Positions 17,497 through 26,968 of a stretch of DNA of 28,484 nucleotides are shown piece by piece. The notes under the pieces are model-generated. The model had not been told where the DNA came from. It ran no database searches and was given only the letters and a program-made list of their open reading frames with translations. Numbering within the stretch: the stretch's first letter is position 1; each line of letters begins with the position of its first letter. The stretch comes from an uncultured Bacilli bacterium (GTDB lineage: Bacteria > Bacillota_I > Bacilli_A > RF39 > UBA660): the NCBI GenBank assembly GCA_947626095.1, contig CANQQV010000017.1:1-28484 (forward strand), given 5' to 3'. The translations under genes and the position numbers were made by a program.

Positions 17497-18511
17497 ATTT
17501 GGTAGTCAACTAGCTGAATACTTAAAATATAATAATATTAGTAATAAAGACTTTGCGGAAAGAATTAATACTACTCCTAAGAACTTAATTGATATTCTAA
17601 AAGGCAAAATAGAACTATCACAAAATATGATTTATAACATTTCCTTTGTAACTGATATTCCCGTTAGTTATATTGAAAATGTTGAAGCAAGTTTTAAAAT
17701 GGACAAAATAATCGATGAATATCTAGCTAAAGAAAATATAACAATAAAAGAGTATATAAACAAATTCAACTATAAAGAATTCTCTCATAAATATCATTGT
17801 TCTTTTACTGATGAACGCAACAGTTATAGTATTGCTAAAGGTATTTTAAAATATTTAAGAATAAGTAATCCTAATAGTTTATATAAAGATGATAATATTA
17901 TTTTTTATAAAAGTAAAAATGATAAACCAGAGTTATTAGCTTTATGGTTAGAAAGATGTTATAAAGTAGTTATTAATGAACAAGTAGGTGAATATCATAA
18001 AGATAATATTGATATCATTGTTAATAAAATAAAAGAATATGCTAAACATAATATTTTTAATCCCGAAGAACTGATTAAATTATTTAATGCAAATGGTTTA
18101 TACTTAGCTATTGAAGAAGATTTAAAAGGTTCTAAAATAAGAGGAGCTTTTAAAGTTTTAAATAATAAACCAGCTATCTATATTACTAAGAAATATCAAA
18201 GATATGCTGATATCTATTTTGCTTTACTTCATGAACTAGCTCATTGTAAGAGTGATTTTAATCGTGCTAAGAATGGTTCAATTATCAGTTTAGAAAACGA
18301 ATCTTCTACTGAAGACTATGAACTAAAAGCTGATGAAACAGCTTTCAATTGGATGGTAGAAGATAATAAATATAATAAGCTTAAAACTCAATATCGAAAT
18401 ATTGCTCACTTAGATGTTATTAAATCATTCTTTGTTTATCGCTTAGCTCATGAAGGTCTTATTAAATATTCTTCTAAAATATATCAAGATAATAATAAAA
18501 TAATTAAATAA
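17486..18511 (+). CDS. HigA-like XRE HTH antitoxin fused to an ImmA/IrrE-type metallopeptidase domain
   Basis: N-terminal HTH (ISNKDFAERINTTPKNLIDILKGK); FALLHELAH (HEXXH, 18230-18244) and ELKADETA; overlaps the toxin gene. Confidence 0.85.
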   Translation: MMNKFGSQLAEYLKYNNISNKDFAERINTTPKNLIDILKGKIELSQNMIYNISFVTDIPVSYIENVEASFKMDKIIDEYLAKENITIKEYINKFNYKEFSHKYHCSFTDERNSYSIAKGILKYLRISNPNSLYKDDNIIFYKSKNDKPELLALWLERCYKVVINEQVGEYHKDNIDIIVNKIKEYAKHNIFNPEELIKLFNANGLYLAIEEDLKGSKIRGAFKVLNNKPAIYITKKYQRYADIYFALLHELAHCKSDFNRAKNGSIISLENESSTEDYELKADETAFNWMVEDNKYNKLKTQYRNIAHLDVIKSFFVYRLAHEGLIKYSSKIYQDNNKIIK

Positions 18512-18565
18512 AATTGTATAAAAAATATTCTTTCTTCCCACAATAAAGATAAAGGAGAAAAGAAT

Positions 18566-19000
18566 ATGAAAGATAAAGAAGAAAAAGATGTCTTAGATGA
18601 GCTTAATAAAGGAGCTTGTATGGGTAGAGATGCTATCTACTTAATTTTAGATAAAGTAAATGATAAAAAACTAAGAGAAGTCTTAGAAAAGCAAGGCCAT
18701 AAATATAAAGAAATTCTAAATAAGATTAGTAAGTTATACCCTGAATATGCTAATAAAGAACCACATGAAACAAGTACTATGAATAAAGTAATGACCTGGT
18801 ATGGTATTGAAATGAAAACTATGATGGATGATAGTCCTTCTAAAATAGCTGAATTACTTTTACAAGGTACTAATATGGGTATTATTGAAGGAAGAAGATT
18901 ACTAAATAACAATAATACCGATAAAGATGTTCATAACTTATTAAAAGAATATGTTGATATGCAAGAAGATGCGGTTGAAAAACTCAAAGAATTTTTATAA
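18566..19000 (+). CDS. Small four-helix ferritin-like protein of unknown function
   Basis: Two helix pairs (ELNKGACMGRDAI / LLLQGTNMGIIEG..EEDAVEKL-like end); AAGGAG RBS. Confidence 0.6.
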   Translation: MKDKEEKDVLDELNKGACMGRDAIYLILDKVNDKKLREVLEKQGHKYKEILNKISKLYPEYANKEPHETSTMNKVMTWYGIEMKTMMDDSPSKIAELLLQGTNMGIIEGRRLLNNNNTDKDVHNLLKEYVDMQEDAVEKLKEFL

Positions 19001-19001
19001 T

Positions 19002-19025
19002 AAACTCACTCTATAGTGAGTTTTT
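19002..19025 (+). terminator. Intrinsic terminator
   Basis: AAACTCACT-CTAT-AGTGAGTTT plus T tract. Confidence 0.85.
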
Positions 19026-19064
19026 GTGTTATTATAAGAAACATATTTTAAGTAGGGGATTATT

Positions 19065-19433
19065 ATGGAAGATATTAATAAAGAATATTGGGCACATGAA
19101 TTAAAATGTGCATTAGAAAGAGAAGGAATTACTGATCCTAATTTTTACGAATTTATAAAAGGTAAAGTAAGAAGTTACAATGTTAAAGTTGAAGATTTTA
19201 ATTGGGCTGTTTTTCCTAAAATAGATGCTAATGGTGTCTTAACCGATATTCGTATGATTGTCCCAGCTGTTTATGACATGAAATCCCTTTGTGTTAATAT
19301 TCATGAATATACTCATGCTTACGAATTATATTTCTGTTTAGGTGAAGTATATGTTTGGCATGTTGAAGAGAGTGAAGCCAAAGCACGTGAAGCTGAGCAT
19401 CGCCTTTTATTACACTACAAAACTAATAATTAA
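19065..19433 (+). CDS. Small HEXXH (zincin-like) protein
   Basis: IHEYTHAYE followed by EESEAKAREAE; AGGGGA RBS. Confidence 0.6.
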   Translation: MEDINKEYWAHELKCALEREGITDPNFYEFIKGKVRSYNVKVEDFNWAVFPKIDANGVLTDIRMIVPAVYDMKSLCVNIHEYTHAYELYFCLGEVYVWHVEESEAKAREAEHRLLLHYKTNN

Positions 19434-19492
19434 AATTTGCTCTAGTAAGTAACCAATGCTATAATACATCCCTTAAGAAAAGGGTGATTTAG

Positions 19493-20902
19493 ATGTCAAA
19501 AGATGAAGTAATTATAACTGACTTATTAAATGGTAATATCCAAGTATTTAGCGAACTAGATAATTACTTTAAAGAAGTAGTTTGTGATTCTATCCGTTCT
19601 CATCCTAATCGTTTAAATATTCTAAAATCTTGTTTTAATAAAATTCAAGCCGAATATCCATATCATGCCTTTTTACTTACTTATGATCTTCCTGAATATG
19701 CTGAAGTTTGTGAAAAGATTCTTAGTGCCGATCCATATATTTTAGCTAATGAGCACTTATTTTATGAAGTCCTATCATGTAATCACTGGATAGTAAATTA
19801 TGTTGATAATAACTTAGATCAAATAGTTAAAACCAATTTTAATAATACTTTTTGTCTTTTAAAATATGCTTTTACTTATCATAAAGATTCATGGGTTAAC
19901 CACCTAATTAATCATCCAAACTTATTAATTAGAATTCATACTATGTATACAATGATTGATGATTTTCCATATCTTTTTAAAAAGTATTATCCTAATCCTA
20001 TAGCTTTATTAAAAGTAACTACTAAAGACGGTCATTCTAAATTAGTTGATGAAGCATATCTATCTAAGATAGCTGTTTTAACAATCCTTAATTTACATGA
20101 TATACCTCTATATCAAGCCTTTAAAAACTTTATTTTAGCTAATTATTCATCTAATACTTTAGCTAGTATTATTGATACTTATGTTATTGTTGAAGATGAC
20201 AAAGTTTTAAAAGAATTATTACTAGCTGACATCGATGAATTATTTAAAACATCTAAAAACTATCAATGGCAGTTATATCATCATTATCAAAAATATATAT
20301 CGCCAGAATTAGTCGCTGATTTTGAAGTTCAAATCAGTCCTTTCGCTACTTTGTTTCCTAACGAAGTAATCGAAGGAATGTCTACTCGTGGTTTACTTTC
20401 TAAATTTATTGAACTAACTCATAAATACTTAGAACTAAGTACTAAAGCTAATTGTATTACTAATGCTGGTGAAGGAACTTGTTCTTATGTTTATCGTGTC
20501 GGTGATTATATAATTAAATATTCTGATAAAAAATATTCATATGAAGAAAGTATCTGTCCAAATCTTTATTTAATAATTAAAAACTATGAAGAAATAATTA
20601 ACCGTGATTCTTACGGTCATGTAACAGGTGCTTTAGAAGTTCAAAAGTATTTATCTAAAGTTGTCTTACCAACAGAGAGTGAACTCTTAACTAAATGGCA
20701 AGAAGCTTTAAAAGACGAAGGTTATTACTTAGCTGATGATTTAGTTGGGCAAAAAGTAGGTAGTAATTGTTTCCGTTTAGATGATTATCATGATGCTGAT
20801 ACTTTAGATCCTGAAAGTCTACCTGAATGGTTTAAAAAAGATCCCGTTGTTTTAGTGGATCGTGATTTGGTCTATACTTATAAGCCTAGTTCTCAAAACT
20901 AG
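19493..20902 (+). CDS. Hypothetical protein: helical N-terminus plus C-terminal protein-kinase-like domain
   Basis: GEGTCSYVY glycine loop, YIIK lysine, DD...SNCF loop, VLVDRD; TGCTATAAT promoter at 19457-19465 and AAGGGTG RBS. Confidence 0.6.
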   Translation: MSKDEVIITDLLNGNIQVFSELDNYFKEVVCDSIRSHPNRLNILKSCFNKIQAEYPYHAFLLTYDLPEYAEVCEKILSADPYILANEHLFYEVLSCNHWIVNYVDNNLDQIVKTNFNNTFCLLKYAFTYHKDSWVNHLINHPNLLIRIHTMYTMIDDFPYLFKKYYPNPIALLKVTTKDGHSKLVDEAYLSKIAVLTILNLHDIPLYQAFKNFILANYSSNTLASIIDTYVIVEDDKVLKELLLADIDELFKTSKNYQWQLYHHYQKYISPELVADFEVQISPFATLFPNEVIEGMSTRGLLSKFIELTHKYLELSTKANCITNAGEGTCSYVYRVGDYIIKYSDKKYSYEESICPNLYLIIKNYEEIINRDSYGHVTGALEVQKYLSKVVLPTESELLTKWQEALKDEGYYLADDLVGQKVGSNCFRLDDYHDADTLDPESLPEWFKKDPVVLVDRDLVYTYKPSSQN

Positions 20903-20980
20903 ACTTTTTAATTTGTGGTATAATAGAGTGGTTCGAAGAGAAAAATCTTGATTATGATTTAAGTAGTTAAGAGGTGCAGT

Positions 20981-23900
20981 ATGAATAAGAAGTATAAAAT
21001 AGGTGTTGATATTGGTTCAACTACTGTTAAATTAGTAATAATGGATTATCAAAATAAGATAATCCATAAAGCTTATAAAAGACATTTATCTGATTCTAAA
21101 AAGACCATCATTGGTTTATTTAAAAATGCCCTAAAAAAGTTTGATAGTGATAGTAAATTTTCTTTAATCTTTACAGGTAGTGGTGCTATCTCCTTAGCCA
21201 AATACTTAAAAGTTCCTTTTATTCAAGAGGTTATTGCTTGTAAAAATGCCATCACTACTTATGCTCCAACTACTAATGTTGCTATTGAACTAGGTGGCGA
21301 AGATGCTAAGATCATTTATTTTGATCAAACTATTGAACAGCGAATGAATGGTTCTTGTGCTGGTGGTACCGGTGCTTTCTTAGATCAAATGGCTATCTTA
21401 CTTAATACGACTACATCTGGACTTAATGATTTAGCTAAAAAAGGTGACACTATCTATCCAATCGCTTCTCGTTGTGGCGTATTTGCTAAAACTGATATTC
21501 AACCTTTATTAAATGAAGGATGTAAAAAAGAAGACGTCGCTTTATCTATCATGCAAGCAGTTGTTAATCAAACTATTAGTGGTCTAGCTTGTGGTAAACC
21601 AATTAAAGGTAATGTTATCTTTCTAGGTGGACCACTAAACTATCTATCTGTTTTAAAAGAACGTTTTATTAAAACATTAAACTTAACTAAAAACGAAGTA
21701 ATCGCTCCTAAAGATGCTAATCTATTTGTCTGTATGGGTGCTTGCTTAGACAATAGTAAACGTAAATATTATTCTAAAGAAGATATCTTATCTTTACTTA
21801 AAGACTTAAAAGCTTTTAAAGAAGTAACATCTACAAGTTTAGAGCCTTTATTTAAAAATGATAAAGATTATCAAGCTTTCTTAGAAAGACATCGTAAATA
21901 TAAAGTTAAAAGAAAAGATCTAAATAAATATAAAGGCGATGCTTTCTTAGGTATTGATGCCGGTTCTACTACTGCTAAATTAGTTTTAATCGATAAAGAT
22001 GGTAACTTACTATATGAAGATTATCAAAGTAATAAAGGCACACCTGTTGATACTTTAAAAGATATGTTATGTAACTTATATCAAGTCCTAAATAAAGATA
22101 TTATTATCCGTAATGCTGGTTCTACTGGTTATGGCGAAATGCTTATTAAAACTGCTTTTAACTTAGATATATCTGAAGTTGAAACTATTTCCCACTTTGA
22201 AGCCGCTAATTACTTCTTACCAGGTGTTGAAAGTATTATCGATATTGGCGGTCAAGATATGAAATATATCAAGATTAAAGATAACTCTGTAAATAGTATT
22301 ATGCTTAATGAAGCTTGTTCATCTGGTTGTGGTTCCTTTATTGAAACTCTAGCTAAGTCATTAGGTATGGATGTTAATGACTTTGTTAATCTCGCTATTA
22401 CTTCTAAAAGCCCAATTGACTTAGGTTCTCGTTGTACCGTCTTTATGAATTCTAAAATTAAACAAACCCAAAAAGAAGGCCGTCCTTTAGCGGATATCTT
22501 TGCTGGGTTAGCATATTCCGTTATTAAAAATGCTATTACTAAAGTTATGAAAATAAGAGATATTAGTACTTTAGGTAATAAAATAGTTGTTCAAGGTGGT
22601 ACTTTCTTAAATGATGCGGTCTTAAGAGCTTTTGAAATCATAACTGGTAAAGAAGTTATAAGACCTGATATATCTGGTTTAATGGGTGCTTATGGTATTG
22701 CTTTAATTGCTTTAAATAACTACCAAGCTTATGAAGATAAAGATGTTGTTAGTTCTATTTTTACCTTAGACCAAATCAATAACTTAAAAATAAGAACTAA
22801 TCATACTAGATGCCAAGGTTGTGAAAACCATTGTGCTTTAACTATCAATATGTTTGATAAGAAAGTCTTTATCTCTGGTAACAGATGTGAAAAAGGTTCC
22901 GGTAATAATGGTAGTACTAATATGTTACCTAATATGTATGCTTGGAAATATGATCGTTTATTTAGTTATGAACCATTAGAAAATCCAGAAAGAGGAACAA
23001 TTGGTATACCCCGTGTCTTAAATATGTATGAAGACTATCCATTATGGTTTACGATTTTTACTAACTTAGGTTTTAAAGTTGTTCTTTCCGATAACTCAAG
23101 TCGTAGTTTATATGAATCAGGTATTGAATCAATGCCAAGTGAATCTGTTTGTTACCCAGCTAAATTAGTTCATGGTCATATTCTTAATCTAATTAATAAA
23201 GGTGTTAAAACTATCTTCTATCCATGTATAATGTATGAACAAGATGAATTTGCTTCTTCTGATAATCACTACAATTGTCCTATTGTTCAAAGTTATTCTG
23301 AATCTATTAAATTAAATGTCGAAGACTTAGAAAAGAATAAAATAAAATATTTAAATCCTTTCTTACCTTTAGAAGAAAATAAACTAGTTAAAAGATTTAT
23401 GGAACTACCTGAGTTTAAAGAATATCATTTTACTTTAAAAGAAGTTAAAAATGCTATTCATAAAGGATTTCTAGAACTAAGTAATTATAAAAATGAAGTC
23501 AGAGCTAAAGGTGAAGAATTTATTAAATTTGTTAATGATCATAATGAAAAAGCTATTGTCTTAGCTGGTCGTCCATATCACTTAGATAAAGAAGTTAACC
23601 ATGGTATTGATACGATGATTAATAGTTTAGGTTTAGCTGTTCTTACTGAAGACTCTATTTGTCATTTAAGTCGTATTAAATCTAAATTAAGAGTTGTTGA
23701 TCAATGGTCATACCATTCACGTGTTTATAATGCCGCTGATGTCGTAAGTCAGTATCCTAACTTAGAATTAGTCGAACTAAATTCCTTTGGTTGTGGCCTA
23801 GATGCCATTGTTACAGATCAAACCGAAGAAATCTTAAAAGCCAATAATCGTTTATATACGACGATTAAAATCGATGAAATAAATAATTTAGGTGCTGTTA

Positions 23901-25201
23901 AAATCCGTATTAGGTCATTAATCGCTTCTATGAATAAAAGACTTAATGATAATAATTATCATCCTTATTCATATACCAAAAACTATTTTAAAAAAGATCA
24001 AAAAAATAATACAATCTTATTTCCTGATATGTCACCTAATCACATGCCTATCTTTGAAAGTTTACTAAGAAGTGAAGGATATAACGCGGTATATCTAAGT
24101 AAGACAACTGATAAAACAGTTGAAACTGGTTTAAAATATGTTAATAATGATGCTTGTTATCCCGCTATTATTGTTATTGGTGAATTAATATCAGCTTTAC
24201 AAAGTGGTAAATATGATTTGGATAAAACAACGGTTATGATCACCCAAACTGGTGGTGGATGTCGTGCTACTAACTATATTGGTTTAATTAGAAAAGCTTT
24301 AAAAGATGCTGGCTTAGAAAAAGTATCAATTATCTCTTTAAATGCTTCTGGCTTAGAAAAAGAACAAGCCTTTAAATTTGGCTTATCTTTCATTAATAAA
24401 GCTGCTCAAGCTGTTGTCTATGGTGATTTACTCGCAAAACTTTTATATGCCTCTCGTCCATACGAAGTTAAAAAGGGTAGTAGTGAAAAGCTATATAACA
24501 AATGGTTAAATATCGTTTGTAAATCCATTCAAAACGGTCATATTCTTGAATACAAACGCAATATAAAAAATATCATTAAAGCCTTTAAAAACTTAGAAGT
24601 CAAAGTAACTAATAAACCTAAAGTCGGTATCGTTGGTGAAATCTTAGTTAAATATCATAATTTTGCTAATGATAACTTAGTCTTAAAATTAGAAAGTGAA
24701 GGTGCTGAAGTCTTTGCTCCTGACTTAATGGGTTTTGTTAAATACTGTGTCTATAATGGTATTGTTAAAGAAAAATTATTAAAACTAAGTAAGTTTGGTT
24801 CATTTATTCGTAAGAAGATCTTACGAATTATTGATTTATACGAAAAACCAGTTAAAAACTCTTTAAAAGATACAAGATATCGTTCTACTACTAATATTTA
24901 TAAATTAGCTAGTAATGTTGAAGGTATCATATCAACTGGTAATCAAACTGGTGAAGGTTGGTTCTTAACTGCTGAAATGGTAGAATTAATTAAAGATGGT
25001 ATTCCAAACATCGTCTGTGTCCAACCATTCGCCTGTCTACCTAACCATATCGTTGGTAAAAGTGTTATTAAAAAAATTAGATCATTATATAAAGATTCTA
25101 ATATTGTAGCCATTGACTATGACCCAGGAGCTAGTCATACCAACCAAGTTAATCGTCTTAAACTAATGCTTACAGTTGCTAAAGAAAATATTAAGAAATA
25201 A
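20981..25201 (+). CDS. Acyl-CoA dehydratase activase-related fusion protein (two BadF/BcrAD ASKHA ATPase domains plus DUF2229-type domains)
   Basis: GVDIGSTTVK, ELGGEDAK, CAGGTGAF, SRCGVF; GIDAGSTTAK, DIGGQDMK, CSSGCGSF, SRCTVF; CYPAK, SFGCGLDA, GGGCRATNY, QPFACLPNH. Confidence 0.93.
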   Translation: MNKKYKIGVDIGSTTVKLVIMDYQNKIIHKAYKRHLSDSKKTIIGLFKNALKKFDSDSKFSLIFTGSGAISLAKYLKVPFIQEVIACKNAITTYAPTTNVAIELGGEDAKIIYFDQTIEQRMNGSCAGGTGAFLDQMAILLNTTTSGLNDLAKKGDTIYPIASRCGVFAKTDIQPLLNEGCKKEDVALSIMQAVVNQTISGLACGKPIKGNVIFLGGPLNYLSVLKERFIKTLNLTKNEVIAPKDANLFVCMGACLDNSKRKYYSKEDILSLLKDLKAFKEVTSTSLEPLFKNDKDYQAFLERHRKYKVKRKDLNKYKGDAFLGIDAGSTTAKLVLIDKDGNLLYEDYQSNKGTPVDTLKDMLCNLYQVLNKDIIIRNAGSTGYGEMLIKTAFNLDISEVETISHFEAANYFLPGVESIIDIGGQDMKYIKIKDNSVNSIMLNEACSSGCGSFIETLAKSLGMDVNDFVNLAITSKSPIDLGSRCTVFMNSKIKQTQKEGRPLADIFAGLAYSVIKNAITKVMKIRDISTLGNKIVVQGGTFLNDAVLRAFEIITGKEVIRPDISGLMGAYGIALIALNNYQAYEDKDVVSSIFTLDQINNLKIRTNHTRCQGCENHCALTINMFDKKVFISGNRCEKGSGNNGSTNMLPNMYAWKYDRLFSYEPLENPERGTIGIPRVLNMYEDYPLWFTIFTNLGFKVVLSDNSSRSLYESGIESMPSESVCYPAKLVHGHILNLINKGVKTIFYPCIMYEQDEFASSDNHYNCPIVQSYSESIKLNVEDLEKNKIKYLNPFLPLEENKLVKRFMELPEFKEYHFTLKEVKNAIHKGFLELSNYKNEVRAKGEEFIKFVNDHNEKAIVLAGRPYHLDKEVNHGIDTMINSLGLAVLTEDSICHLSRIKSKLRVVDQWSYHSRVYNAADVVSQYPNLELVELNSFGCGLDAIVTDQTEEILKANNRLYTTIKIDEINNLGAVKIRIRSLIASMNKRLNDNNYHPYSYTKNYFKKDQKNNTILFPDMSPNHMPIFESLLRSEGYNAVYLSKTTDKTVETGLKYVNNDACYPAIIVIGELISALQSGKYDLDKTTVMITQTGGGCRATNYIGLIRKALKDAGLEKVSIISLNASGLEKEQAFKFGLSFINKAAQAVVYGDLLAKLLYASRPYEVKKGSSEKLYNKWLNIVCKSIQNGHILEYKRNIKNIIKAFKNLEVKVTNKPKVGIVGEILVKYHNFANDNLVLKLESEGAEVFAPDLMGFVKYCVYNGIVKEKLLKLSKFGSFIRKKILRIIDLYEKPVKNSLKDTRYRSTTNIYKLASNVEGIISTGNQTGEGWFLTAEMVELIKDGIPNIVCVQPFACLPNHIVGKSVIKKIRSLYKDSNIVAIDYDPGASHTNQVNRLKLMLTVAKENIKK

Positions 25202-25227
25202 TTAAGAAATAATTCTTAATATTTTTT
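25201..25227 (+). terminator. Intrinsic terminator
   Basis: ATTAAGAA-ATAA-TTCTTAAT plus T tract. Confidence 0.6.
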
Positions 25228-25277
25228 CTTACCCAAAATTATGTTATACTTATCATGTAATAGGGGCGAGTGATATT

Positions 25278-26900
25278 ATGCAAACAATTTATATCTTTGG
25301 TCATAAAATGCCTGATACTGATACTGTCTGTGCTAGTATTAGTTTATCTTATTTAAAAAATAAACAAGGTTTAACTACCGAACCTCGTGTTTTAGGTACG
25401 CTTAATAAAGAAACTAAATTCGTTTTAGACTATTTTCATCTACCAGAACCAGAATTCTTAAATGATGTTAAAGTTCAAGTAAGAAACATGCACTATAATA
25501 AAGAAGCCATGATTGAAGAACATGAATCTATTTATGACACATACAAAGCTATGGTCAAAGAAGAAGTAACTGGTTTTCCTTTAGTTAATAAACATAAAAA
25601 ACTAACTGGTTATGTTAACGTTAAAGAAATATCTAAATTCTTAATTGATGGTGATATAACTTATCTTAATACCTCTTATGATAATATTATTAATACTTTA
25701 AATGGTACTGCTATAACTCGTTTTGATGATGACATTGAAGGTCATATCTTAGCAGCTGCTTATAAAAGTGAAACTTTTATTAATCGTGTTCAATTAAATA
25801 AAGATAGTATTTTAATCGTTGGTGATCGTTATAAAATCTTAGAATATGCTATTAACTCTGGTATAAAACTATTAATCTGTGTTAATAGTGGTACTATATC
25901 TAACGATTTAATTAATCTTGCCAATAAAAATAAAGTTAATGTTATTAGTGTTCCTTTAGGTACATATAAATGTGCTAATATGTTAAAACTATGTAACTAC
26001 GTTAAACTACTTAATATTAATCCTCATCCAATTACCTTTAGTCCAATCGACTACCGTGATGATTTCTTAGAAACTAGTAGTAAACTAGGTCATACTAACT
26101 ATCCAGTAGTTAATAAAAAAGGTATTTGTGTTGGGATGATGCGTTTAGTTGATGCCAATAATTTTGAACGTAAACAAGTTATCCTAGTTGATCATAATCA
26201 ACAGTCTCAAAGTGTTGATGGTATTGAAGAAGCTTCTATCTTAGAAGTAATCGATCATCATAACTTAGGTACTATTGGTACATCTATACCTATTAATTTT
26301 CGTAGTATGCCAGTCGGTTGTACTTGTACAATTATTTATCAATTATATAAAGAAGCTAATATATCTATTCCACCCAATATCGCCGGTATTATGTTATCAG
26401 CTATTTTATCCGATACATTGTTATTCAAATCACCTACAACAACCGATATTGATATCGAAGTAGGTCATAAACTAGCTGAAATAGCTAAGGTCGATATTAA
26501 TGAATATGGAATGCAAATGTTTAAAGCAGCTTCTACTGTTAGTGAATTAAGTGTTTACGATATTATTCATACTGATATGAAAACATTCAAATATGACGAT
26601 TCTAACATTGCTATCAGTCAAGTAATGACATTAGACTTTGATGATATTCATGAACGAGCTGAAGATGTTATCACTGAACTTAATAATATGTGTGAATATG
26701 GAGGTTTAAAAATCGCTTTATTATTTGTAACTGATGTAATTCGTAATGGTTCATACTTATTCTATAATGAAAAAAGTAAAGACTTACTTGAAGAAGCTTA
26801 TGGTATTGATGATTTATATCAAGGATTATATTTTGATGGTGTAGTCTCTCGTAAGAAACAAATGTTACCACCATTATTAGAAAGTGAAGATAGAAGATAA
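25278..26900 (+). CDS. ppaC: Manganese-dependent inorganic pyrophosphatase (family II) with CBS/DRTGG insert
   Basis: GHKMPDTD, LVDHN, IDHH, AILSDTLLFKSPTTT, SRKKQ; central insert with IVGDR. Confidence 0.93.
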   Translation: MQTIYIFGHKMPDTDTVCASISLSYLKNKQGLTTEPRVLGTLNKETKFVLDYFHLPEPEFLNDVKVQVRNMHYNKEAMIEEHESIYDTYKAMVKEEVTGFPLVNKHKKLTGYVNVKEISKFLIDGDITYLNTSYDNIINTLNGTAITRFDDDIEGHILAAAYKSETFINRVQLNKDSILIVGDRYKILEYAINSGIKLLICVNSGTISNDLINLANKNKVNVISVPLGTYKCANMLKLCNYVKLLNINPHPITFSPIDYRDDFLETSSKLGHTNYPVVNKKGICVGMMRLVDANNFERKQVILVDHNQQSQSVDGIEEASILEVIDHHNLGTIGTSIPINFRSMPVGCTCTIIYQLYKEANISIPPNIAGIMLSAILSDTLLFKSPTTTDIDIEVGHKLAEIAKVDINEYGMQMFKAASTVSELSVYDIIHTDMKTFKYDDSNIAISQVMTLDFDDIHERAEDVITELNNMCEYGGLKIALLFVTDVIRNGSYLFYNEKSKDLLEEAYGIDDLYQGLYFDGVVSRKKQMLPPLLESEDRR

Positions 26901-26914
26901 ACTATCTTCTTTTT
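26892..26914 (+). terminator. Intrinsic terminator
   Basis: AGAAGATA-AAC-TATCTTCT plus T tract. Confidence 0.7.
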
Positions 26915-26968
26915 AAATTATAATTTATTAATTTTGTGTCTTTTGGTAAAATATAAATAGGTGATAAT

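Noticed and set aside
18637-18912. Minus-strand 91-aa ORF
   Set aside because: Antisense shadow of 18566-19000
24310-24362. TGGCTTAGAAAAAG repeated twice
   Set aside because: Encodes GLEK twice inside a conserved CDS; explained by codon bias
25190-25211. ATTAAGAAATA tandem copies resembling the cassette-end repeat
   Set aside because: Short AT-only match that forms part of a terminator; no associated cassette
26275-26874. ORFs 26275-26463 (+) and 26680-26874 (-)
   Set aside because: Alternate-frame or antisense shadows within the pyrophosphatase gene
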